Positions 31,048 to 41,214 of a DNA stretch of 64,000 nucleotides are shown here, one piece after another. A program made the translations under genes and the position numbers. The DNA lies in assembly GCA_963666835.2 (NCBI GenBank), contig CAXXGO010000001.1:1152001-1216000 (forward strand), given 5' to 3'. The stretch's first letter is position 1; every line of letters starts with the position of its first letter. Under the pieces are notes generated by a model. That model made no database searches. It was not told the DNA's origin and was given only the letters and a program-made list of their open reading frames with translations. The DNA comes from Phycisphaerae bacterium. GTDB taxonomy: Bacteria; Planctomycetota; Phycisphaerae; UBA1845.

Positions 31048-34000
31048 CTACTCGCACGCTACGGGTCTGTTGCGCCCGCTAAAACGGCCGAGGAAAAGGC
31101 CGTAATCGTGGAGATCGACGTCACTGTCCCCGCCGAAGTCCGCCACGTCGCATTCAGTCCCGGAGGGTGGGTTGCCCGGTCCGCTGTAACAACCCAGGAA
31201 GACTCCGAAGTCCGACAGGTCCACGTCTCCGTCCCGATCGAAATCGCCATCCACGTCTCCGTCCCGATCGAAATCGCCATCCACTAACGGGGGACACCCT
31301 GTCTCATCCACATGCGCTCCTGGGATAGTGTTCGGGCATGCGTCGCAGCCGTCGCCGACGTTATCCGCATCGCCGTCGGCCTGTGCTTCGTTGGGGAGAT
31401 ACGGGCAATTGTCGCACACGTCGCCAACGCCATCGCCGTCGAAGTCGAATTGCCAGGGATTGGAATCAACCGGGCAGTTGTCGCACGCGTCAGCGACCTG
31501 ATCCCCGTCGGTGTCCGCTTGGTCGGGATTCGGTTCAAACGGACAATTATCGCAGGCATTGCCGACATTGTCGCCGTCATAGTCCAACTGATGCAAGTTG
31601 TAGTCGTCGGGGCAGTTGTCACAGGCATCCGGCGTATTGTCTCCATCGCCATCGATATTGTCGTCGCCCAACGGACACACGTCGCAGGCGTCGGGCACGC
31701 CGTCTCCGTCGCCATCCAGGTTGTCGTCGAATCCCTCGCAGACGTCGCACGGGTCCCCGTGACCGTCACCGTCCCAATCGCTCTGGTCGGGATTAGCCAC
31801 CAGCGGGCAGTTGTCGCACCCGTCAGGCGCGAGGTCGCCATCAAAATCGACACTGTCATCAAAGCCGGGGCATCGGTCGCAAGCATCTCCCACGCCATCC
31901 GTGTCGTCGTCTTCCTGATTCGGGTTGGCGTCGTCGGGGCAGTTGTCGCAGGCATCCGGAGTATTATCTTCATCGCCGTCGACGTTATCGTCGCCCAGCA
32001 GGCATACGTCGCAGCCGTTGGGCACGCCGTCCGCGTCATCGTCAATATTGTCGTCGAAGCCCGGGCAGAGGTCGCACGCATCGCCAACGCCGTCCGCATC
32101 GGTATCATTCTGCAACGGATTCGAGTCGTCTGGGCAGTTATCGCAGGCATCGCCGTGGCCGTCGTCATCCCCGTCCTCCTGCCCCTGATTGGCCGTGAGA
32201 GGACAGTTGTCATCGAGGTTCGCTGCGCCATCTCCGTCATAGTCGCCGAAGGGATCGTACTCATACGCGCCCATGTCCACGATGAACGGATAGTCCGGCA
32301 GGTCGGGCGCGCCGGTGTCTGCTGTGTCTGGATCATCAATGAACCGCTGTGCCCCCTGCAAGTCGAGCGGAGTCCTCTCCGCGCTGTCGTCATCGTCGTC
32401 GAGGTCAGCCGCATCCGCCGGAACGTCGCCGCTGCTACCTGAGTCGATACACGGGGATTCCCACGTTAGCCGCACATCCCCGTAGTCATCGTCGTCGGTT
32501 GACCACGTTCCGTCCGGACCGGCGTCGGGGAGCCGGACGAAGATGGGGTCGTTCGAGATGTTACCCTGCGTCCCGGTTGGATCACCCACGCCGGAGTAAT
32601 CGTATTCCGTGTTTCCGAATACGCAATCGTATTGTAGGAACGCCGTTCCCGGACCGTACTTGAAGATTCCTGACGAGTTAAATGCCACAATCGTGTTGAC
32701 GATTACGGGCGACGCGTCGCGGAGGTAGATCCCCGCCCCTTCATCGGCAGTGTTTGACGCGATCGTGTTGTTTGCGAATACCGGACTGCTCTCTCGGCAG
32801 TAGACGCCGCCTCCCTGGCCTCGGCAGCGGTTGCCCACGATCGAATTGTTGCAGACCGTCGCCGCCGAGCGGTACAGGTAGATCCCACCCCCGTAATCGT
32901 TGACCCGGTTACCCGTGATTATGTTGCTACAGATCACGGGGGAGCCCCCACGACAACTGATACCGCAACCGTTGTTGTCCGCACCGTTTTGCGTGATCGT
33001 GTTATGTACGATCAGGGGTGAACCGTCCTGTACGAAAATACCTCCGCCATCATCACCGGCCCCGTTCTCCGTGATGACGTTGTTTGAGATCCGCGGAGCA
33101 GACCGGTAGCAGTAAATGCCCGCGCCGTCTCCTCCATAAGCTTCCCCGTTGCGGATGGTGAATCCATCGATCGTACACGGCTGAAGCCTCAGATTACTCG
33201 CTGTTACGACTTTGCCGTGGTGGCCGTCCAGGATTGTCTCGTTCGCAACGGGGATTACTCGCTGTTACGACTTTGCCGTGGTGGCCGTCCAGGATTGTCT
33301 CGTTCGCGCTGGGCCAGTAACGTTTCTGTGCCGTCGAATCCGCCAAACACATGGGCGTATCCCTTCAAGGCGATGCGCTCCATGTAAGTGCCGGCCTCAA
33401 CCCAGACCTCGCCCCCTTCTACCGACGCTGCCGTGGCCGCGTCGATTCCGGCCTGCACTGTAAGCTTGGCTTGGCTCCAGGAAGAACCGTCATTAAGGTC
33501 GCTGCCGCTCGTACTGACCCGCACGATACTGCCGGTAGTGTCCGGCCAGACCGTCCCGTCGGATTCATCTGCGCCTATGTCCACTACTCCGTCATGGATG
33601 CGCTTTTGTTTATCGCGGTCAGTCCAATCGGCCTGGACAATATCGTTGGTACCGGCGTTTACACAGGGCGAGTCCGCCTGAATATGAAGGTCGCCGAACG
33701 CGGCACCGGCAATCCGGGGGTCAGCAGAGAAGTTGCCATCGGTTCCTATCGGATCCAGCAGGCCGGAAACAGCGTACTCCGAGTTGGCATATAGGCAGTT
33801 GTGACGCAACGTTGTTGTGCCGACCCCCTCATGGAAGATGCCCGAGGAGTTGAAAGCGACGATCGTGTTGGCAATGAGCGGTGACGCCTCGTTGCAGCCG
33901 ATGCCGCCCCCGTCTTCGATAGCTTCATTTCGAGTAATGGTATTGTTCACCAGCGTCGGAGAAGACGAACTGCAGTAGATCCCGCCGCCATCTGTCGCTG

Positions 34001-34799
34001 CCTGGTTTCCCGTGATCACATTGGAGACGATGATCGCGTCCGACTGGTGACAGTAAATGCCCCCGCCGAAACCGGCCGACACGTTCCCGACAATCAGATT
34101 GGCCATGATGAGCGGTGCTGACCCGGACAGGCAAGCGATTCCGCCACCGTGCTCTCCGCCCCCGCTTCGATTCGACGTAATCGTGTTCCCCACGATGGTC
34201 GGAGACGACTCGAAGCAACAGATGGCGCCCCCGTAGTTGCCGCCACCGTTGTCGAAGAGCAGATTGTTCGTAATCACGGCGGAGGATTGGTAGCAGAAGA
34301 TCCCACCACCGTGGTCGCCTGCGTCGCTGTCTCGGATGATGTTGTTGGCTATCGTCGGCGACGAGTTGTAACAGTAGATACCGGCGCCGTTTCCTCCGTA
34401 AGCCTCCCCGTTGTGTATGGTGAACCCATCGATGCGTGTTGCGGGCGTTGCTCCTGCGGGAGAAGTCACGACTTTTCCGCGGTCGCCGTTCAGGACTGTT
34501 TCATACTGCGTCCAGTCCCGCTGGTCGCGCGCAGATTCCGTCCCGACGAAGCCGCCGTAGAGCGCAACACCGGTCTTGAGTGTAATTCGTTCGACGTAGA
34601 TACCCGCGGCGACCCATACTTCGTCTCCTTCGGACGCGCCATCGAGCCCGGCTTGCACCGTCTGCCTGGCCGTTGTCCATGACAAGCCGTCGCCGCCTGG
34701 GGATGCATTGTCATCAACGTACCAAATGGTCTGACCGTTAGCGATGCCGGCCAGCAGGCAGAATCCCCATACCGTCAAGTGCAGATTAAGACGGGCCAT
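31048..34799 (-). pseudogene. Secreted protein with two right-handed beta-helix modules, TSP3 repeats and a dockerin-like tail (1233 aa if repaired); frameshifted near 33250-33305
   Basis: ORFs 33255-34799 and 31048-~33250 are collinear. Removing a 50-bp duplicated insert gives 3702 bp and restores [13 protein letters not shown]. Confidence 0.82.
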
Positions 34800-35472
34800 C
34801 TTCCTACCCCTTCCGTTGGTTCCCGCAACCTGCCGTGCTGGGCGGATGCGAGTGGTTGCTGATCGATAGATTACCGCGGTGCGCCGGGGAGGATAGACGG
34901 ATTCGGCCCTCCTGACCGCCGCCCGTTTCGTCCCCGATATGACCGCCATCTTAACAGTTGGACGCCAGCAAGGCAAGGGGGGGTGGAATTTTCGGTGGCG
35001 ATCGATTGCGGCAGCCCCTGGCGACGTCCCGGGCGTTCGCACCGGCGCCGGATGCGGCGACTGGGTATCGGACTGGGGTCCGCCTGCCCGTAGCCTCGGT
35101 TGTTGAATCCTCCCATCCTGGCGAACTTGTAGCTTCGATGGAACGTGGCCGCGGCCCGGACGTTGTGCCGCCCTCGCGCGTGTCGTCTGGTCTGGCGACC
35201 CTGGTCAGCAGCGGCGATCAAGCGACGCGATGCCATCCGGGGCACGAATGGTCACTCGGCACGGTTCCCTCCAGGGGCCCGTGGGGAGCTGGGATCGAAT
35301 CACCTCAACGGGCCGGAGCCACGCCGGATCCGTTCCGCCTGCGGGGTACTATTCGTCCCACCCTCGCCGCGCCTGGACGGGCCACCAGCGCGCAGTCCTT
35401 GGGGAAAGCGTTGGGGCGTCTGCGCCCAAGCGACCGGTGAGCGGCGCACCGTGGCACGATGCGCGTCGTTGC

Positions 35473-36480
35473 GGCAGGTCTCGTAGCTCGACCGTGCCCT
35501 ACGAGGGATGCCAACTTGGTGTCATGGGTCAACTTGTTGACCGGTGGGGCGTGATGCGCTCTGTGGAGCGGACCCTATTCGCTCGCGAATACGCCGGTGT
35601 TACGTCCTGTAGCCCAGGGTTGCCGCGAAGCGGCTACCCTGGTATAGCGGTTACATCAAAGATCAACCCCGACTGGGTTACGGCGTTGTTCAACCCACTT
35701 CGGGGTTGATGCAGAAGGGGGCTCTGTGACCCAGGGTGGCACTGCGCGGCTGCGCCGCTCCGTTTACCCTGGGCTTTGCTGTGAAACGCCTTCGGCGTAA
35801 GTTCGGAAGATGCACGTGGTACAGACAACACGGTACGTCTCGTGCCTCGACCGTGCCCTACGAGGTTCTCTCGCGATGCGCGGACTCTGCGGCAGGTCTC
35901 GTGCCTCGACCTGCCCTACAGGAGTTGGGCCTTTGCGGCAAGTCTCGTGCCTCGACCGTGCCCTACGCATGATGCCAACTTGGTGGCATGAAGCAACTTG
36001 TTGACCTGTGACGTGACAGATTCGTGTCCCTAGTTGGCAAGACCATGCACCAAGCAGTGGGGCGGAGTCGAGCCCCTTGGGGCGACAGGTCCCGTAGCCC
36101 CACGGCGTAAGCCTGGGGAAACTGTGCGGCCGCTTCACGCCAAGCCCCTTGCGGGCGGCAGAGGACATCGAGGTTTGGATCAGGCACCGGTGATTCAACA
36201 TCATAAGGGGAGCACGTTGGCGACCGCCGGGACCTCTTCGACCATCGAAGTGCCGCCCCCCGGGGGGGGCTTGGGTTGACGTGCGACTCGATCCCGCGGC
36301 TCACGCCGCGGGCTGGGCAGAGCTGCCGCCCTGGGCTCGCGAACGACGCTGGTGGCACATATTCGTGCGACTCGGGCCATTGCGGCCTTGATGGCAGGTC
36401 TCGTGCCTCGACCGTGCCCTACGAGGTTTTCGGGCGATGCGCGGTCTCTACGGCAGGTCTCGTGCCTCGAGCTGCCGTGC
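35473..36480 (-). repeat. Cluster of six GTAG-type REP-like repeats plus other hairpin repeats
   Basis: GTAGGGCACGGTCGAGGCACGAGACCTGCC variants starting at + coordinates 35473, 35832, 35891, 35937, 36393 and 36452. Confidence 0.85.
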
Positions 36481-36736
36481 AGGAGTTGAGCGTGTGGCAC
36501 GAATCGACAAGCTTGGGGGGCAAGGGTTGGCGCGCCGGGGGATTGGCCGCCCGGGCTCTGAGCGGCGACGGGGCGAGCGTGAGATTCGCGGTTTGAGCGT
36601 CGATCCGCGGGTCCTTTCGGTCGATCCTGACGATGGGGAAGCGAGTTTGCGAAAGCCCTCGCGGCTGAATAGACTCTGTGAATTCTCTATTGTCCCTCGT
36701 GTGGATGGCGCCAAGAAGAGGCGGTGGTAAGACTAA

Positions 36737-39700
36737 ATGGCCGGAACACAACAAACTGAGAGGCGGGGTCGTTACGACTTCACGGCTATCGAGGCCAAGT
36801 GGCAGCGGTATTGGGAGGAGCATCAGTCCTTCCGGACGCTCAACCCGGGTGATCCGGGAGCGGATACGAACAAACCGAAATTCTACGTCCTTGATATGTT
36901 CCCGTACCCCAGCGGAGCGGGGCTGCACGTCGGGCACCCCCTGGGCTACTGTGCGACAGATATTGTCTCGCGGTACAAAAGGATGCGTGGGTTTAATGTC
37001 CTGCACCCGATGGGGTTCGACTCGTTCGGGCTGCCGGCCGAGCAGTATGCGATCAAGACCGGCGTACACCCGGCCGTGACGACCGGGAAGAACGTCGACG
37101 TCTATCGCCGCCAGCTCAAGATGTTCGGGTTCAGCTACGATTGGGATCGCGAGGTCAAGACGTCAGACTCTTCGTACTACAAGTTCACGCAGTGGATGTT
37201 CGCTCGGATGTTCGAGAGCTGGTACGACGAGAAGTGGCGTTGGGTGGGCGCTGAGGGGGAGGACACCGTCGGGCGCGCCCGGCCGATCAGTACGCTGACC
37301 GCCGAGCTGGAGGCGGGGCGCTGGGGCGTGGATTCGTCCATGCAACCGGTGCGCGCCAAGGATGATCCCGATCGCAAGGAGTGGGCGGATCTGTCCCCGG
37401 AGCAACGCCGCCGGGTTATCAGCAATCAGCGCCTGGCTTTTGTGGACGAGGTGTCGGTGAATTGGTGCCCGGCGCTTGGCACTGTGCTGGCCAACGAAGA
37501 GGTCGACTCCGACGGGCGCAGCGCGATCGGCAAGCACCCGGTCTTTCGCCGTCCGCTGCACCAGTGGATGTTGCGGATCACCAAATATGCCGAGAGACTG
37601 CTGGATGACATCGAAGGAGTCGACTGGCCCGAGCCCATCAAGCTGATGCAGCGCAACTGGGTCGGCAAGAGCACCGGGGCGGAGGTCGTGTTCCCGCTGG
37701 CGGACAAGTGGTCCGTCCAGGGTGGCGCGTGGAAGTGCCTAGACGACGACACTAAGATCGAGGGCCCGTTGTCGTACACGAACTTCCCCCACGCGATTCG
37801 CGTTTACACCACCCGGCCCGACACGTTGTTCGGGGCGACGTATATGGTTCTGGCGCCGGAGCACGAACTGGTCGAGCAGATTACCGAGCCCGCGCAATAC
37901 GACGCCGTAAGTGAGTACGTCGCGGCGGCGCGGAATCGGTCCGATCTGGAGCGTACGGCCGATACCAAGGACAAGACCGGCGTGTTCACCGGGGCTTATG
38001 CGATCAACCCGGTTAACGGGCAGTCGATTCCGATCTGGGTAGCTGACTACGTTCTGATGGGCTACGGCACCGGGGCGATCATGGCCGTGCCGGGTCACGA
38101 CACTCGGGACTTCGAGTTTGCCAAGACCTTTGGCATACCGATCATCGCCGTGGTAATGCCGGGCGACGATTGGTTCGAAAGCGTGCTGACGGCCGCAGAC
38201 GTCCGCGGATGGCCTGAAGGAGAAGAGGACCGCGAGAAGATCCGGGCGGCGTTCCGTGAGGATCCGGGCACCCTGCCGGAGTCGTTTGTGGGCGATGGAA
38301 CCTCGATTAACTCGCCGGGCGGCGGCAAGGTGGAAGTGCCCGGCATCGCGTGCCCGCTCGATGGCCTGCCCACTGGCGAAGCGAAGGCGAGGATTACTGA
38401 CTGGTTGGCCGCCGGCGGCGTGGGGCGCGGGGCGGTCAACTATAGGTTGCGCGACTGGATCTTCAGCCGGCAGAAGTACTGGGGTGAGCCGTTCCCTATT
38501 CTGCACGGCGACGACGGTGAGATGATCGCCGTGCCGGACGATGAGCTGCCGGTCGAACTACCGTCGATGGAAGATTTCAAGCCGACTCCGCGGGATGAGG
38601 ACGACGTCGATTCCATGCCCGAGCCACCCCTGGGCCGGGCGAAGGAGTGGGTTACCTGTCAGCGCGACGGACGCACCTATCGGCACGATCTGAACACGAT
38701 GCCGCAGTGGGCGGGATCGTGTTGGTATTATCTGCGTTTCCTGGATCCGACCAACCCGGACAAGTTCTGCGATCCGGAGGCGGAGCGCTATTGGATGCCG
38801 GTGGATCTGTACGTGGGCGGGGCGGAGCATGCGGTTCTGCATCTGCTCTATGCCAGGTTCTGGCACAAGTTCCTGTACGATTTGGGCCACGTATCCACGC
38901 GCGAGCCGTTCAAGAAGCTATACAACCAGGGGATGATTCAGGGGTTCGCGTATCGAACGAAGAGCAGCGTGGTGGTCGGACCGGACGAAGTCGAGCAGCG
39001 CGGCGAAGACGACTACGTGCTCAAGTCGTCCGGTGAGCCGGTGACGCGGGTCATCGCCAAGATGAGCAAGTCTCTGCATAACGTGGTCAATCCGGACGAG
39101 ATCATTGCGCAGTACGGGGCGGATACTTTCAGGCTCTACGAAATGTATATGGGCCCGCTGGACGCGGCTAAGCCGTGGAACACGCGTGATGTTCCCGGGT
39201 TGTTCAAGCTCTGCCAGCGTATCTGGCGGTTGGTAGTCGACCCGGAAACCGGCGAGCTAAGCTCTGCACATACTGAAGATACGCCGGACGAGGCGACGTT
39301 GCGCGTTTTGCACAAGACGATCAAGCGGGTGGGTGAGGAGCTCGAACAGCTCAAGATCAACACGGCGATCGCGGCCATCTTCGACTTCGTCAACTTCATG
39401 ACGCCGCGGAAGAAGAGACCCCGAGCGGCGCTGGAGCCGTTCGTCTTGTTGTTGTCCCCGTTTGTGCCTCATTTGGCCGAAGAACTCTGGCAGCGTCTGG
39501 GGCACGAGGCGAGTGTCGGCGAGCAGACCTGGCCGGAGTATGACAAGAAGCTGGCTCGAGACGAGGAAGTCGAGGTTGCGGTCCAGGTTTGCGGGAAGAT
39601 CAAGGCTCGCGTGACGGTTTCGGCCGATGCTGACGAAGAGAGTTTGAAATCGGCGGCGCTGGCCGACGAGAGCGTAGCCAAAGCGATCGAGGGCAAGACG

Positions 39701-39754
39701 ATCCGCAAGGTGATTGTGGTCAAAGGCCGGCTGGTGAACATCGTGGCGACGTAA
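36737..39754 (+). CDS. leuS: Leucine--tRNA ligase
   Basis: MFPYPSGAGLHVGH, TTRPDT, GYGTGAIMAVPGHD, GGAEHAVLHLLYARF, KMSKS. Confidence 0.98.
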   Translation: MAGTQQTERRGRYDFTAIEAKWQRYWEEHQSFRTLNPGDPGADTNKPKFYVLDMFPYPSGAGLHVGHPLGYCATDIVSRYKRMRGFNVLHPMGFDSFGLPAEQYAIKTGVHPAVTTGKNVDVYRRQLKMFGFSYDWDREVKTSDSSYYKFTQWMFARMFESWYDEKWRWVGAEGEDTVGRARPISTLTAELEAGRWGVDSSMQPVRAKDDPDRKEWADLSPEQRRRVISNQRLAFVDEVSVNWCPALGTVLANEEVDSDGRSAIGKHPVFRRPLHQWMLRITKYAERLLDDIEGVDWPEPIKLMQRNWVGKSTGAEVVFPLADKWSVQGGAWKCLDDDTKIEGPLSYTNFPHAIRVYTTRPDTLFGATYMVLAPEHELVEQITEPAQYDAVSEYVAAARNRSDLERTADTKDKTGVFTGAYAINPVNGQSIPIWVADYVLMGYGTGAIMAVPGHDTRDFEFAKTFGIPIIAVVMPGDDWFESVLTAADVRGWPEGEEDREKIRAAFREDPGTLPESFVGDGTSINSPGGGKVEVPGIACPLDGLPTGEAKARITDWLAAGGVGRGAVNYRLRDWIFSRQKYWGEPFPILHGDDGEMIAVPDDELPVELPSMEDFKPTPRDEDDVDSMPEPPLGRAKEWVTCQRDGRTYRHDLNTMPQWAGSCWYYLRFLDPTNPDKFCDPEAERYWMPVDLYVGGAEHAVLHLLYARFWHKFLYDLGHVSTREPFKKLYNQGMIQGFAYRTKSSVVVGPDEVEQRGEDDYVLKSSGEPVTRVIAKMSKSLHNVVNPDEIIAQYGADTFRLYEMYMGPLDAAKPWNTRDVPGLFKLCQRIWRLVVDPETGELSSAHTEDTPDEATLRVLHKTIKRVGEELEQLKINTAIAAIFDFVNFMTPRKKRPRAALEPFVLLLSPFVPHLAEELWQRLGHEASVGEQTWPEYDKKLARDEEVEVAVQVCGKIKARVTVSADADEESLKSAALADESVAKAIEGKTIRKVIVVKGRLVNIVAT

Positions 39755-39758
39755 CGGC

Positions 39759-40325
39759 ATGCCTCTGGAGATTGAGATAAAACTTCAGGTGGATGCGCAC
39801 GAGCCGGTACGCGAGAAACTGGTTGCGCTCGGGGCGACGCGCGGTGATCGCGTCGTCGAGACCAACGAGATATTCGACCGGCCGGACGGGTCGTTGCGGG
39901 GGCAGGGGTGTGGTTTGCGCGTCCGGGCCCTGGCGCCTGAGGACGGGGGCTCGCGCCTTGCCACGTTGACCTTCAAAGGTCCGCGGCTGCCGGGCCCCAT
40001 GAAATCTCGCGAGGAGCTGGAGGTAGAGGTCAGCGATTCTGAAACCACCGCGGGCATGCTGGCCATGTTGGGATTCGTCCGGATCCTGCGTTACGAGAAA
40101 CGCCGCGAGAGTTGGCAATGGCGCGGCTGCTGCATAGAGCTGGACACGCCGCCGCACATCGGTCTGTTCATCGAGATTGAAGGCCCTAGCGAGGACGTGA
40201 TCCGCCAGGTTCAGGCGGAACTGGGCCTGGCAGAAGTGCCGCACGTCAAGCCGTCCTATGTCCGCATGCTGTCGGAGTACTGCAGCCGGAACGGGATCGT
40301 CGAACGCGATTTGGCGTTGTCCTGA
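39759..40325 (+). CDS. CYTH-domain protein (class IV adenylate cyclase-like)
   Basis: EIEIK, LRVR, LTFKGP, SREELE, YEKRRE, FIEIEG. Confidence 0.9.
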   Translation: MPLEIEIKLQVDAHEPVREKLVALGATRGDRVVETNEIFDRPDGSLRGQGCGLRVRALAPEDGGSRLATLTFKGPRLPGPMKSREELEVEVSDSETTAGMLAMLGFVRILRYEKRRESWQWRGCCIELDTPPHIGLFIEIEGPSEDVIRQVQAELGLAEVPHVKPSYVRMLSEYCSRNGIVERDLALS

Positions 40326-40358
40326 CCGGCCGGAATATCCCTCAGGCCTGTGAAGTGT

Positions 40359-40387
40359 TTGACAGGCCTCGCCGTCGGTACCATAAT
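40359..40387 (+). promoter_or_regulatory. Putative sigma70 promoter overlapped by an inverted repeat
   Basis: TTGACA-17 nt-CATAAT; AGGCCTGTGAA-gtgt-TTGACAGGCCT dyad at 40344-40369. Confidence 0.65.
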
Positions 40388-40445
40388 CGCGCCCGCCTAA
40401 CGGAGTGTTCGGCAACAGAAAGCAGACGGCAAGGAGAAGGAGCTC

Positions 40446-40874
40446 ATGGCCGGTAGAGCAGCTCTTACGCTTATCCTATTGGCGGGGTGCGGGTGGTGTT
40501 TGACGCTGGTGGCGCGCGCGGAAAACGCCCTTTCGAGTCAACCCGAGGCCGCGGCTGAGTCGACGGAGTCGGTGCGTCTGCTAATGCGCGAACAGGATCG
40601 GCATCGCCGGTTGATCGCGGAACTGGTTATGGATGACCGGGATCCCGACGGCATGAAGCGGATCGTCTTCGAGGCAGAACGCCTGGCCGAGGTTGCCGGT
40701 TCACTCGTCACGCGTGTGGACGGTTCCGGGCGGGAAGAACTGGTGCGCGACCTGGCGATCAGGGTGATGGCTGAGGTCCGCGGAAGCGTTGCGTCCGGCG
40801 GTTCCGTGTGTACTCGGGTCTTTTCCGAACGACTCGACACCGCCTGCCAAGCCTGTCACGATCTGCCCCGGTAA
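40446..40874 (+). CDS. Exported c-type cytochrome, cytochrome c'-like
   Basis: Signal peptide, helical body, single C-terminal CQACH; AAGGAG RBS. Confidence 0.7.
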   Translation: MAGRAALTLILLAGCGWCLTLVARAENALSSQPEAAAESTESVRLLMREQDRHRRLIAELVMDDRDPDGMKRIVFEAERLAEVAGSLVTRVDGSGREELVRDLAIRVMAEVRGSVASGGSVCTRVFSERLDTACQACHDLPR

Positions 40875-40899
40875 CCGTGCGCCGGCGCGCGAGGGCTGT

Positions 40900-41169
40900 G
40901 GCAGGTCTCGTTCCTCGACCGTGCCCTACGGCGCTTTGGGGGCTGGGCCGATTGCTTCGATTGAGGTTTGACGGGTTCTGCAAGGCGGACGGTGTTGTTC
41001 AACCCACTTCGGGGTTGGTGTGGGAGGGGGCGTCGTGACCCAGGGTGGCACTCCGCGGCTGCGCCGCTTCGTTTACCCTGGCTTTGTTGTTGAACGCCTT
41101 CGGTGTACATTCAGAATGGTCGCGTTGCGCAAAGACCACGGCAGGTCTCGTTCCTCGACCGTGCCCTAC
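40900..41169 (-). repeat. REP / 115-bp hairpin element / REP composite
   Basis: REPs at 40900-40929 and 41140-41169; 40994-41107 is similar to 35685-35799. Confidence 0.8.
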
Positions 41170-41214
41170 CTGCTTCTCGTCGAACGCATCGAGATTGTAC
41201 TCCCCGAAGAGCCG

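Noticed and set aside
35473..36480. CRISPR or integron attC array
   Set aside because: Irregular spacing, duplicated spacers, no RYYYAAC/GTTRRRY ends, no cassette ORFs or integrase.
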